Under the pieces are notes generated by a model. That model saw only the letters and a list, made by a program, of their open reading frames with translations, searched no databases and was not told the origin of the DNA. Position numbers and translations under genes: made by a program. This document shows positions 1 through 13,324 of a DNA stretch of 64,000 nt, piece by piece (within the stretch, counting starts at the first letter, position 1; the number at the start of each line of letters is the position of its first letter). Source of the DNA: Raja brachyura (lineage: Eukaryota); contig OY740799.1 in assembly GCA_963514005.1 (NCBI GenBank), forward strand, positions 11,036,001-11,100,000. Direction: 5' to 3'.

Positions 1-3000
1 AATGTGCAAACTCCACACAGACAGCAATCAAGGTCAGGATTGAACCCGGGTCTCCAGTGGTCTGTGGCAGCTGCTCTACCAGCTGCGCCACCCTGTTCTT
101 GCATTGTGTATTTCCACAAAGTAGGAGGCAGTTCTGTCTCCTGAACCATTGGGTTTGTTCATGGCTGATGATGCCAGGGAGATCCCTGTAGAGGAGGCTT
201 GTGATTTAACAGTTAATACAAGGCCAACGGCTGTGATCTCCAGGTCTGGCATGTTTACACATGCTTAAAGAAAATTCCTGGGATTCCTATAGTTTCAGCT
301 GAGTCCAAGCCTGTCCTGCCATTCAAAACCTTCCGATAAATCAGTATTTAGTGAAAACAAGGGAACTGGGTGAAAAAAAGCACCCAGGAGCAAGACCAGA
401 ATTGACGACTTGTTCTCGGGACCTCAGGCACTGACAGGGAAGAGTGCCTGACAGAGAATAGTGGCCTTTGAAAGGCGATTACCATAAGTGCATGATAGCT
501 GGTGCACAACATGATCCCACGGAATAATGTTGAACGAACCGTTCCCCTGGGTTAAGTACTCCCTGCCCAGGGACACCACAACATACAAATGAGCTCCCAT
601 ATTGTTATTAGACTCAAAGTCCAATGTGCACACATGCATTCATTCCAATGGAGGGCAGAACTAGTCACCCCTCTCTCTCTCTCCATTGCTTGCAATTGCC
701 TTTCATCAGTCTTGTATGATTTTGAACATTCACTACAAAACACGGAGGTACAGTTCCCATATTGAGTGATTTTCATCTTGCTATCCAACTTAAGGACAAA
801 AATTAACTCATGGACATTTGTAAAAATGGAACCCATTCGTTACCTTGGGACAGGCTGGAATGACCCAAACCTGTTTTTTTTAAAGATTGCATTGATTGAT
901 TAAGACTACCCAGCCCTTCTTGTCAAGATATTGCCCTTTACCCAAATATTCTGCACCTTGCTTTAACGCTCCAACATTCACCAGTGCAGTCGGAGCTGCG
1001 GTCGGCGGGTGGTTTATAAGATCGGGAGTGGGATGTGGCAGATAACCCTCTAACTTGCAGACAGGAGCTCAGCCTTACTGACTCGACGCTACGCATCCAG
1101 TTTGACAGCTCCATCTTCAGTCGCATTAGAATATGGTCAGCAAACCCTTCCTGAAACTTTGGGGGAGCAAGGCATGTTAAAACAAATGCAAACTGACTGG
1201 AATATTAAATAAGCTTGCAGAGTTAGCGTGGGAGGACCTGCTTATGAAGCATTTCCTCTGCATTCACCGACCATCCTTTGCCCTAGGCTGCAAGGCCCCC
1301 TTACATTGATTCCCTTCTCAATCTTTCAACCTTCATGCACCGGTAACCAACAAAAAAAGTTTCATGCTTTAATAAACAGTGCAGTTGCCCCCAGAAACCA
1401 TCGCCCTCCCATTCCACACGCAGCCGGCAGCCCTGTGACATTGGCCTCCACTGTTTCTTATTCCCAACACATCACCAGCCCATGCAACTAACGAAGCTGC
1501 TGCTAAACATACTGTGCATGTAATCAGAGGCCAAGCTCCATCTCACAATACACCCATCTACCGCAGAGTTTGAATCAAGAGAAAGCCTGACTATCACAGC
1601 ACACAGGAGCAAAAGTACCTCAAGTTTCTTACCAGTATCTTTGAATACGTTTCCTACTCTAACTTACCTATTCGTACCCAATGGTCCCCCCAATCAATGC
1701 TCCATATCAATACAGCAGACTGACTTACTTTGACCCCCAACAGCAGACTGTGTATACACTAGAACAACAGTTTATAGATACATTATAGCAGCAGCAAGTC
1801 CACGCCAAATATCGATCACCTCTTCACACTAGTTCTATGTTAAACCACTTTCTCACCCGCTACCTGCACACCAAGGACAATTTACAGAGGCCAATTAACC
1901 TACAACCCACACATCTTTGGGATGTGGGACAAACCAGAGCACCCGGAGAAAACCCACGTGTTCACAGGGAGAACATGCATCGACACGGACAGCACCCGAG
2001 GTCAAGATTGGACCCGAATCTGGAACACTGCGGCTCTACCAGCTGCACCAGTGCTGCCTTAACAGCGGTGGAATCGTTCTGTGCCCTACGATGAATATGG
2101 TCCAGCACGGTGGTGAATTCTCAGCGATATCATACGTGGGATGATGGGGATCCCGGGAGAAAGATCAGGACCACATTGTGACATCAGTCTCCAAGATTGA
2201 AGATTCACAGCTCGGCAGATTCAAAGGTCAGTATAACACGGTTAGGTTCACCTCCCACACTCACTGGAATACTCAAGGGATTAAAGTTGTATGGTTAAAG
2301 GACTTCCTTGCTAGTCTCTACTGTGCCGAAATGAGGTAGCCATGTGAAACACGTGGAGGAACGAGCCGACCTTTGACAGAGACACCAACATTAGGCAGGC
2401 TGGCAGCTCATCAGGATTGCCATAATAAGGGATATGCTCCTTCACAAATTCCCCCATCACATCTGAAGAGACAACCCATACTTCAGTATCCTGCTTCTCC
2501 CAGAGAAAGTCCCCACTTCATCTTGCGGAGATTCAAGGTGAAGATAGCAAGTATAAATGTTTGCTGCCATTCCAACTCTCCTGCGACAGGATTTAACCTG
2601 ATCTATCCAACATAACCCTAGAGCAGCCCTGGGACAATGCACATTGGGTTGGGGGCGGAGGGGGCCCGGGGGTAGTCGTAGAGCTATACAGCATAAAAAC
2701 AGGCCCTTTGGCCAAACTTAATGACACAAAATGCTGGAGAAAGCTCAGCGGGACAGGCAGCATCTCTGGAGAGAAGGAATGGGTCACGTTTCGGGTTGAG
2801 GCCCTTCTTCAGACTCCCACTGGTCTGTGCCTGGCCCATATACTCCAAACCTTTCCTATCAATGTAATGGCTAATAGTAATGGAACATAGTGCAATGGAG
2901 ATCATGATCTCTCTTCCAGGAACAAACCTGTGGAGAGCCATCATTAAAGGGGAAACAACCCAAATGCAACCCCATTTCCCCCCCCCCCCAGTCACACAGG

Positions 3001-4155
3001 GGCCATCGATCCCAACCCAGTGATGTTCAGAGGAACCTCAGAGCGGTTGCAGCCCAAGATAATGCAGCGTTGCTTTGCTGGAGGTTGTTATCTATTCCAG
3101 AGACACCAGTAGTTGACTAATAGGTTAGTTTAGAGATACAGCGTGGAATATGCCCTTCGGCCCATCAAGTTCATGCTGACTATTTGATCACCGTTCACAC
3201 TGTAGTTCTACATCTCACTTTCTCTTCCACTCCCTACACAGCAAGGGGGGGGGGGGGGGGGTGAGAATCAACAGAGGCTAATTAACTTGGAAACCCGCAG
3301 AGGAAACCCACGCAGTCACAGGGAGAATGGGCAGCCTATAAACAGATAGCACCTGAGATCAGGATCAAACCCAGGTCTCTGGCACAGTGAAGCAGCGGGG
3401 ACACCAGTGCCAAAGCTGATGCAGGCAATAACAGCCGTTACACAACAATGACTTTTAATGCACACTTCAATTAGCTGTATTGGACAATGTGAATGAAGCT
3501 GAAAATGAAAGTAATTCAACTGCATGAAATTGCTCATCCATTCAATCAGGTTATCATCAACAAACAAACTCTCACTATCCTTGCCCTTGTCTAGTAGAAC
3601 TCGATCTACTGCAACATTGCAATTACCAATTAACCACCTGTCTTCATCATTTTATCACAGAAAAGGCTTTCAGAATTTCAAAGTGGTCACTTTGGGGAAG
3701 AGAGCTTTAGTACAGCACACCTGAACAATCGGCACTCGATCCCCTTCCTCAGCCATCTGAAGAAATAGTTAAAGAGAACCTTAAACATCTCAACCAGGTC
3801 ACCCAACTATGTTTCACAGGAACTACGAGCCAAGTCTATGCAAGTTAACCTCTTAACTTAACTCTCTCCATCCCTGATGTCATTCCAGTGTGCACACTCC
3901 AAGCCCTATACGTCCTCACTCTGCTGCCATGCCCTGAACTAAACACAATAGGCACAAACCAGAGTTTTAAACAAGTGAAATATGATTGCCACAATTTTGC
4001 ATCATAGTCCCCAGAGGAAAGCATTGAACAGGTGTCCAGTTTCAAGTTCCTGCACAAGTGCCCATCAATAACTGCAAGTTTCCCCTCAGACCCAGTCATT
4101 GAGCGATACTCTCAGATTACAACTCCTGCTTCCTTCAACTCCATGGTCATTTTGA

Positions 4156-4158
<3 letters not shown>

Positions 4159-4201
<43 letters not shown>
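4159..4201. repeat. (GT)n microsatellite
   Basis: Uninterrupted GT run. Confidence 0.95.
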
Positions 4202-4203
<2 letters not shown>

Positions 4204-5077
4204 ATGAAGTGATTGTTCAGGGAAAAATAAAGTGGCAAAAATGTTTTCCCTTCTCTGGTTATATTTGTTTCAGTGCTCCCCTCCTTCCCAAACGACAAAG
4301 CTCAAGCTAGCAGATAGCCTGCATCTCTCTCATTGCTCACAGCCAGTGGGTAGTGACATTTGACGTCAAGTCCAAGAGAAGAACAGACAGCATTGTTGTG
4401 AAACAATGGGAAATATTACAAGCCTGACGGTGAGGAGGTTGGCAGCTGGAATCAGGCATTTACTGGTTCCGACCGGGAGGGGAAAAATAGACACACTGGT
4501 TACATGAACTGGAAATAAAATTGCATTTTGGTAACAAGTTTCATGACCCACGAGTTTCTCCAAAGTGCCTTAAAGCTGATGCATAATTTTTAAATGGCTG
4601 AAGATAGAAACTGCAGCACCACATGGACAAATACAATTAGGCCATTCAGCCCATCAAGTCTACTCCACCATTCCATCATGGCTCTCAACCTCATTCTCCT
4701 GCCTTCCCTCCATAACCTTTGACACCCTTACTAATCTAATCTCTGGCTAAAGTAATTCCCCCTCATCTCCATTCCAAAGGCACGTCCTTTTATTCTGAGG
4801 CTGTACCCACTGGTTCTAACCTCACCCATTGCTGGAAACATCCTTTCTACATCCACTCGATCTAGGCCTTTCATTATCCTTTTACCATAACCATCTATCT
4901 GTTTATAATCCACCTCTCGCCTGAAAACGCCGTAACCTTAGTGATGAGCTACTGTTCTGGTTCTTCCCTAAACTATGTTTCAGCCATGATCGGTGGAATG
5001 AAGCTCCTGAAACTGAATTTAATCACCATAAGTTAAAGCAATGTGAGGAGTGAGGATGCCAAATAGATGCAGCTGGC

Positions 5078-5583
5078 AGGCGGCACAGTGACGCAACAGT
5101 AAAAGCCTTACATTGCCAGGGATCTGGGTTCAATCCCGACTATAGGTGCTGTCTGGATTGAGTTTGTACATTCTCCCTGTGACCGTGTGGGTTTTCTCCA
5201 GGTGCTCCCGTTTCCTCCCACACTCCAAAGACATACAGGTCCGTAGGTTAATAGGCTTCTGAAATTGTAAATTGTGCAGGATAGTGATAGTGCAAGTGTT
5301 AAAGAAGGAACTGCAGATGCTGGAGAATCGAGGGTACACAAAAGACTGGAGAAACTCAGCGGGTGCAGCAGCATCTAAGGAGCGAAGGAGATAGGCGACG
5401 TTTCGCGAAACGTCGCTATCTCCTTCGATGCTGCTGCACCCGCTGAGTTTCTCCAGCCTTTTGTGTACCCTAATGATAGTGCAAGTTGTCCTTAGTGTTC
5501 AGGACAGTGCTAGTGTGATCACTGCCAGTGCAAACTTGGTGAGCCAGAGAGCCTGATTGCATGCTGCATCTCTAAAGTCTAAA
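5078..5583 (+). mobile_element. V-SINE (HE1-like) interrupted by a Penelope inverted insertion
   Basis: tRNA-like head and V-domain gtgtgggttttctccaggtgctcccgtttcctcccacactccaaagac. The insertion is flanked by tgatagtgcaagt. Other copies lie at about 1-92, 1790-2060, 3130-3410, 26480-26720, 27400-27900 and 36530-36712. Confidence 0.75.
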
Positions 5584-8499
5584 GTACAACTCTTGCTCAC
5601 AGGGTGTGTTTATTTTGTCGAGTCCTGGCAAGGTGAGCATCTCATAATCATTGCACTGCAAAGCACAGAGGCCACGTGACTTTGTAGTCTGTGGATCCGG
5701 TTAATGGCTGCCTGTAGCTGGTGGTGGGAAGAAGTGACCCAGTGCCCATGATGTTGCTAGGCTCGCAGTTAGATCACCCTTTGAAGAAATTTAAAAATTA
5801 TCTCATTCCAAAGCCAACATCCCGAGCTACGACTCGTGCAGCAACGCTCATGGAGTTTCCAAGTTCCAACCATTTAATACAATGGCTCAGCACTGCCCAT
5901 GCATAAGGTCTACGCTGAACTGAAGCAAAATGCCCTCCCTTCACTGAGCCCAGAAGCCTGGCCATGAACAACACACCAAGGCCAAATAAGGTAGTTTTAA
6001 GCCAAAGCCTCTTGTTCTCAATGTGGCCGAGACTGATACAGAACTGAAACATTTAATGCTGGTTGTATTTCCTCAATCAGAAGCCACACACTTGAACATA
6101 TACTTTGACCTGGGAAAAATTGTCACAAACAAGCTGAAACTTGGAATTAAAAAAATGCTTCAGGACTGACAAAGAACATTCTGTATATCAAGGCCATGCT
6201 GTTATTTTACTGTGCAGACTATGCAGTCTCTCCTGCTCTCATTTTCTATCCTTTAACGCCTCATCTAGTCTGATTCCACTGTCTGTTCACTTCCTTAATA
6301 TCCTGCAGCGTCTGTAGGTTCTGATCCCTGTTGTTGTTTTGCACTGCAAACAAGCAAGTTAAAACTTCTCGCCAAACATGTATTATTGATCACACTCAGA
6401 CACACACACACACGCACAAGTACATGACTGATTTATATTTCAACAAGAACTTACTTCTTCTCACCCTGCTTCTTGCAAGGGCGTTGTCCCCTGCTCTCAA
6501 TTTCTCCATCTCCACCGCATGGATTCCCAAGATAAGGCATTCTATTGCTGGACTTCTGTGATATCTTCTTTCTTTAGTAAACATGGGCGGCGCCCCCCCC
6601 CCCCCCCCCCCAATGTCTCCCTCAACAAATTATAAAGTTAGCTAATCCTCTCAATCACAATGTTGCAATATAAACTAAACTTAAAAAGCCTCCCTGATTT
6701 TAATAACCTTATCCTTCACATATGACAAATGTCCTGATTTGTTTTGCCAACATAACACTTCTGAACATGAATACCTGTAGATATAGCCCAGGCTTTTCTC
6801 AACGTCCATTGAAACTCCCCAAGCATTCCAAGACCCATTGACTATTGGTTCAATTGTACTTTGTTGCATTTAACCAAAAAGTGGTTTCAGTAGATGCAAT
6901 TACATATGGTTTCCAAAATATTGCTGTACGTATGGATATTGATAGGCTTGCTACCAAGATTTAAGGCAATGTGATAAAAGGAGCTAGAGCAGCAATGACA
7001 GAGAATCCAGAGATAAAGGGTTTTAGTCTCATCCTCCCTTTCATGCAGGAGGTTGCAGATCCAGTCTGTCCTTTGTGGTGTTAAAGGGCTGGGTGAGCTG
7101 TTAGCTGGTGACTCGAGGCAGTGGCAGAACCTCAGAGACAGAAGCAGTGGGTCAGTGCGATGTGGAATATGGGGATTGAAGCTCAGAGGGTCTCCTTCCA
7201 CCAAGAGCCCACGGTTGAAAGGTTTATAGAAGCTGCTGAAGGCCCAAAGACCAGAAATATCTGGTCATCTTTCAGCAATCCAGTTGCCAGGTGATAACTG
7301 TAATGGACCTGATGCCATGCGTGCAGAGGTTGCAGTGAATGATGTTTCAATCTGCCTTCTTCCCAATGTCCTGCTGATGGAAACAGAGCCATCCAGAGCA
7401 ACGTAGCAGACCCAGCGGTCTGAAGCCACAGAGGGTGTAGGGTGCACAAGAGTGGTGTGGGTATAAATGGGCGACTTCACTTTAAGTGTGGAAACTGACC
7501 TCTGCGTCAGTGGATGAAGTCAACAAGTAGCTAGACACGGATGTGCAGAGCAAGGACCTGACGCTGAATAGATTATGGTGCATTGCTGACCCTTGGAAGT
7601 GAAAACATCTCAGCATGCATCTCAGAGACTCACTGTGTACGTGGCAGTGGTCAAATATCATGGCCTGAATGGAATCACCAACAATTCATCCACAAAGAAG
7701 GTAAAACGGGGCAGGCACCAGTCTCTGCCGACTGGGGTCACATCATCACTTGTTAGAAACAGGACTGGTCCAATATCAGGGACAAGGCATCTTATAAAAG
7801 TGAAACCCAGAGTCGGTGGGCAGCACTTTAGCCTGACTTACAGGATTTCCACAAGAGGCTTGGACACAGAATGGAGACAAATACGCCTGAGAAGTTGGAA
7901 ACGGAAGCAAAATAGAAACTGCTGGGGCCGGGGGACGTGCAGTGGTTTGTTTTTGCTTCTGAGCTCTGATGGCAGGCTGACAGTGTAGTCCAGAGGGGAT
8001 GCCACTCTGCCAGACGAGCCATCCTTCAGGCAGTACATTTAACCAAGGGCCTTCCACACTCTAGAAACGATTCAAAGATGCGAGTATTTTGAACAAACCA
8101 AGGACTTCTTCCCCATCTTCTCAACCAACATTATTAAAACACAACATTGGCCATGATCACCTTGCCCGATGCAAAGCAGCTATTGCGTTTCCCTCACTGA
8201 TGCAACGAATGTACTGTAAACAGGTCCTTGTAAAGTATTTATTGATCTGTGGGCCATCAAATGTCGACAAAACCAAACCTGGATAATAGATTGTGGCCGG
8301 GGTCCACTCACTGGTTAGTAAAAAGTTACAGCAAAAAAGCAAAGTGCTGGAGGAACTCAGCGGGTCAGGCAGCATCTGTGGAGGGGATGGCTTCTGTGGA
8401 GCAGACGGCATTTCGGGTCCAGACCCTTCTTCAGGTCCATTCCATCCACAGATGCTATCCTTGAGTATATTCTGTCTTGCACAAGATGCCAGCATCTTG

Positions 8500-9600
8500 C
8501 CACTCCGTTATGCCAGGCGTGCTGAGCGTTCAATGCAATGTGGAGCAAGGTCGGGATTGGACGAGGGTTGAAGAGGCACGCGCATCTTTGAAAACAACAC
8601 AATACTGGGGAAAGGGAGGAGGAAGTGACATTTTCTCCGAAATGTTGTGAAAATTCCACCCGGGTTTATAATTAACTTTAAAAGAATTGTGCTCAATTTC
8701 ACGACGCGTCGGAGGGGAAGCTCCAATGTTTAGAACCCCCTCAGTCATCAGGAAAGCCCCGGGTGGTTGAACGGGCAACGTTGAATGGTGAGAGAGGATT
8801 ATCCTCAGTAAATGCCTCTGTCCTTTCACTCATTCAGTCAGACAGTGGACATGCCTGCGCCGGACAGGTTGCTAAGCTGCAAGCTCGCAGCCTGCTCAAA
8901 AAAACGAGCACGCAGACCCAGATATGGTCTGGACAAGGGGGGGGGGGGGGGGGACAAAAACAGACCCACGGCGCGATTAGCTAAAGATAACGATAGGGAA
9001 TGACTTACCCAGAACAGCATGTTGAACAAAAATAGTAAATATTTAACCACGGGGTTGACGAAGCTGAAATCCTCCCCCAACGTGCGGCTGCGAGCCATGG
9101 TCGGCGAATATTCCTCTGGGTCGCAAGTCCACACTCAATCAGCCGAGGCTTCGCTGCGAAAATGGAATCAATCGGATTAAAACCACGTAGTCCGGTTACG
9201 CTGGGGATTTGCAGAATGCTGGGGATGTAATTTCGCGGCGAGGTAATTACCTGCCAGTGGAGCGACGGCGCCTCCCTCTCCCTCCTCCTCCTGGGGAAGT
9301 TAACGTGAAACTGACGAGCCGGCGCTGTGGGGCCAACACAACCTGGAAGGGGGGAGGCGCCGGGGATGGTCCCGCCCGCTTCTTGCGGTCCACATCCTTC
9401 GCCAATGGTTCTCCTCTCTCCACACCTCGTTGATCCGCCCCTGCCATTCCATGCCTACCGTTAGAGCCTTGCCGACGCCCATCAATGTGCGCCACTGACA
9501 TCACGTTGGGTTGTTCCACAACCTGTCCCACTTTGACCTCATTCAGCTGTTACAGGTGTGGGTGAGACCCGAGAGCCCGCGAAAGGGGAGGTGATTGTGC
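8500..9600. promoter_or_regulatory. CpG-island-like promoter region of TSPAN33
   Basis: Locally high CpG density around the first exon, with GC-box (ccgccc) and CCAAT motifs at about 9370-9440. Boundaries are approximate. Confidence 0.6.
9009..9098 (-). CDS. TSPAN33: Tetraspanin-33, first coding exon (remaining exons not found in window, presumably beyond position 1)
   Basis: ATG at 9098 gives MARSRTLGEDFSFVNPVVKYLLFLFNMLFW, matching the TSPAN33 N-terminus (EEFSFVSPLVKYLLFFFNMLFW). It ends at a phase-0 donor TGG|GTAAGT at 9009/9008. Confidence 0.9.
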
Positions 9601-10914
9601 AGGGACGAGTTGCTGCCTCATGCTGGTTTACACCGGAGATAGACACATAAAATGCTGGAGCTACTCAGCGGGAGAGGCAGCATCTCTGGAGAGAAGAGTC
9701 CAAACATCATCCATTCAATCTCTCTGGAGCTGTTGCCTGTCCCGCTGAGTTACAACAGCATTTCGTGTCCACCATAAATGGGGAGGGATTGTCCGGGAAG
9801 AGAATCCTGTGGGAAAGAATGGGAATCAGACAGGAAATTTCCTGCGATGGGGGGTGGAGGGTGGGGAAGGAAGTAAAACGTAAAGGTTGTTTAAGAAGGA
9901 ACTGCAGATGCTGGAAAATCGAAGGTAGATAAAAATGCTGGAGAAACTCAGCGGGTGAGGCAGCATCTATGGAGCGAAGGAAATAGACAACGTTTCGGGT
10001 CCAAACTCTTCTTCAGACTGGTGGGAGCGGGAGGCATAGATTTAAGCGTAAGGCGGGCAAAGTTGAAAGGAGATGTGCGGACGTGTCTTTACACAGAGGG
10101 TGGTGGGTGCCTGGAACGTGCTACGAGGGGCGGTGGTGGAGGCAGACATGATAGTGACATTTAAGAGGCCTTGGGATACACACGTGGATATGCAGGGAAT
10201 GGAGATATATGGATCATGTTCAGGCAGATGAGATGAGTTTCATGTTCGGCACAGACATTGTGGGCCTGTTCCTGTGCTGCATTGTTCTATAAATGGTAGT
10301 ATCAACAAAGGAGTGTATGGGGACTGCAGAATCATTTCCTAAGATGTTGGAACAATAAGCATTCAAGATGAGTATCTGCATGTTTGCTCCATGTTAAAGA
10401 CATATCTATGTGTTCCTCCAATGTAGATATCCTGCTCCTGCCCCGGACAAGAAAATAGAATAAAGGGCAGGCAATGCACCCAGTATTGTAACGTATATTT
10501 GAGGTGCAGCCAACCCTGTATTTATATCCTCGTTTTGATTAGTAACGGGTTAAACATATGTCATCATTTATAAATAGCAGTGGTGATTCTGAAAATTGGC
10601 CCAGGCTTTAAATCTTCATCACTAGGAAAGCCCCTCAAAATAACCCTCAGAAGCAATCATCCCAACCCCCTTTGTATTGAGAACATCGGAGTGATTTAAA
10701 CCTGTATTGTCACTCTGACTCCCAGCCATCTGTAGCTGAAAAAGGTGCAATGTGCTGGATTACCTCAGCAGGTCAAGCCTGGAGCACATGGATTGGTGAC
10801 ATTTTGGGTTGAGACCCTTCACTGATAATAGTGGGAAAAGGCTGGCAGAGTGGTGGGGCCAGGACAAAGCCTGGCAGTGATAGGTGCATACAAGTGAGCA
10901 GGGTTTTTTGGTAG

Positions 10915-11345
10915 TCACATTCCGCTTGGCCATCTAACGGTATGAACATTGCATTCTCCAATTTCAAGTAATTACCTTATGAACACCCCCCCCCCCCACG
11001 TGTCCCAGCTGAATTAATACCAATTTCTCCCCTTCCCCCCCACCTGTATTCCTCCCTCTGGCTTCATAATTTGTACATCTTCTATCCTTTTGGTCTCTTC
11101 ATCTCTGGCCTTTGACCAGCCATTTACATATAAAACAAACCCTTAACTGTAACTCCCTATCATTTGCCTGGCTTTTCCCTGCCCCTCCTCTTCCAGCTTA
11201 AACACCCCCCCCCCCCCCCCGACACAATCAGTCGAAAGAAAGGTCCCGACCCAAAAAGTCACCTTGCCAGGTTCTTCAGAGATGCCATTCGAACCGATGA
11301 GTTACTCCAGCACTTTGTGTCTTTTTTTGTAAACCAGAATCTGTA
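10915..11345 (+). mobile_element. Penelope-like element 3' remnant
   Basis: Degenerate ORF end (GMNIAFSNFK*), a C-rich tract, then the pseudo-LTR repeat. Similar remnants lie at about 38930-39640 (-; LEEQHLLSHLGGLQPNGMNIKF) and 55600-55975 (+). Confidence 0.6.
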
Positions 11346-11664
11346 CTAGTGTCTCCATCAGAAGCTGAAGTATGGCAACACACATGAGGGGGAGAGAGGG
11401 GGGGGGGGGGGGAGAGAGGGGGGGGGGGGGGAGAGAGGGGGGGGGGGGGAGAGAATTAGGAAGTGCATGTTGACAACCATGAGGCAGGCAGGGGAAACTG
11501 AGAAAGATAAATGGAAAGTAAAAATCAGAGATAAGTGGCAGTCTGAGTGAAGAGAGGGAAACTAAATACATATCCAAGTGCTGGAATCTGGAACCAAACC
11601 AGAAATGCTGGAAGAATTCAGCCAATCACAGCATATGTGGAAAGAGAAACCTGTTGACATTAGT

Positions 11665-12215
11665 TGGGCATGTACGGGAAATAGTGGGGCACAAGGGAAC
11701 AGTGCTGAATAGGGGGATCCTTAGGGTTCAAGCATATAATTCCCTGAAATGGCAAGACAGATAAATTGGGTAGTGAAGAAGGCATATTGCATGCTTGGCT
11801 TCATAGTTAGGGCATGGAATATAAAAGCTGGGACATTATGTTGCAATGTTACAAAGACTCTAGTTGGACCACACATTGAATGTAATTTTGGTGCCACACC
11901 GTTAGATGGATGCTGTGGTACTGGAGAGAGTGCAGAAGAGATTCACCAGGCTGTAGCTTGGTTGGAGGACTAATTACAGGGACGGGCTGGATAGGCTGAA
12001 TTTGTTCTCCAAGGAGTTAAGATCTATATAAAATGATAAGATTACATAGTCAGAATCTTTTTCCCGTGGCAGGGGTATCATAAACACGAGAGCACAGCTT
12101 TAAATAGGCTTGGTATGGAAAGTTATGGATTTAATGAAGGCAAACACGATTACTATAGGTAGGCGAAAAGGGTCAGCATGGACGTGTGGGATGAAGGGCC
12201 TGTTTCTGTATGGAA
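11665..12215 (+). mobile_element. Old CR1 fragment
   Basis: VVKKAYCMLGFI...TLVGPHIE resembles the CR1 ORF2 C-terminus. Confidence 0.7.
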
Positions 12216-12472
12216 CTATACATAGAAAGAACTATTATATGTGCCGAAAGGGAATGCGAGGTAAAAGTCTCACTAGTGACTGGTGACTCCAGGTAGATCG
12301 ATAATCTCCTATACTCCCGGCGAGCAGGCATGGGTCAGTCCCGACCACGGCTCGTTTCCTCACACATCCCTGGGATGGCGGGACTGTCATGAGGAAAGAT
12401 TGAAAAGACTAGGCTTGTATTCACTGGCGTTTAGAAGGATGAGGGGGGATCTTATAGAAACATATAAAATTA

Positions 12473-13125
12473 CTAGAATAAGTGGGACCCGTTGGGTCCC
12501 AGCTTCACACGGGAGGGTTGGTCCCCCAATGCAATATTCCACCTCTCCACCAATTCCAATATAGGGGGGGGGGGCTTTCTGGAGCACTAGTATGTGTGTT
12601 GTCGGTCAAAGGGACTGGTTTCCAGAAGGCTAGTATGGACATTGTGGGCCGAATGGATTCTTGGGCTGGCAAAGTCACTCTGGCCAGGCAGCATTTTAGA
12701 ACCAATAGAAACACTTTTTGCAAGCATTTTAGAACCAATGGAGACACTTTTTGCAAGCATTTTAGAACCAATTGAGACACTTTTTGCAAGCATTTCAGAA
12801 CCAATAGACAGTCTTTCAGCAACCATTTTAGAACAAATAGACACTTTCTGCAACAATTCTAGAACAAATAGACACTTTCTGCAACCATTGTAGACCCAAT
12901 AGACACTTTTTGCAAGCAATTGAGAACCAAGAAACACTTCTTGCAAACATTTTAGAACCAAGAGACACTTTTTACAAGCAATTTTAGAACCAATAGAGAC
13001 ACTTCTTGCAACCATTTTAGAACTTATAGAAACACTTTTTGCAAGCAATTTTGAACCAATAGACACTTTTTGCAAGCATTTTAGAACCATAGGGACAATT
13101 TCTGCAAGCAATTAAGAACCAATAA
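12473..13125 (-). mobile_element. Non-autonomous Helitron-like element (3' end) carrying a minisatellite
   Basis: Minus strand ends in hairpin tgggaccc-aac-gggtccca (12483-12501), 6 nt, then CTAG followed by host T. It interrupts a CR1 fragment. The 5' end was not found. Confidence 0.55.
12691..13125. repeat. Minisatellite, unit about 32-33 bp, about 13 copies
   Basis: Repeated ttttagaaccaatagagacactttttgcaagca with variants. Confidence 0.95.
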
Positions 13126-13324
13126 TACACCGGCAGATCAATTGGCTACTGTAAATTATCCTTTCATGTAGTTAAGTGGCTAAAAAATCATATGTAAGTT
13201 GTTGGGTATGTGAGATATCATAGAAAGTATTGTCAATGGCAGCAAGGTCTGGAGCCTTGTGTTCACTCATCCGAGACCCAGTCCACAAAATAGGTTCCCA
13301 GAAATTAGTAAGTCCAAATCAACA

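Noticed and set aside
6453-6506. MEKLRAGDNALARSRVRR followed by gtaagt as an alternative TSPAN33 first exon
   Set aside because: The phase-1 donor is incompatible with the phase-0 TSPAN33 intron and there is no tetraspanin similarity.
12225-12372. Structured-looking segment whose minus strand starts GGATGTGTGAGG, like 7SK RNA
   Set aside because: Similarity stops after about 10 nt, and it sits between transposon fragments. It is probably an unidentified repeat piece.
12505-13111. Repetitive ORFs (MLAKSVSIGSK)n and a CRISPR-like appearance
   Set aside because: Tandem minisatellite without unique spacers in a vertebrate genome. The ORFs are by-products of the repeat.
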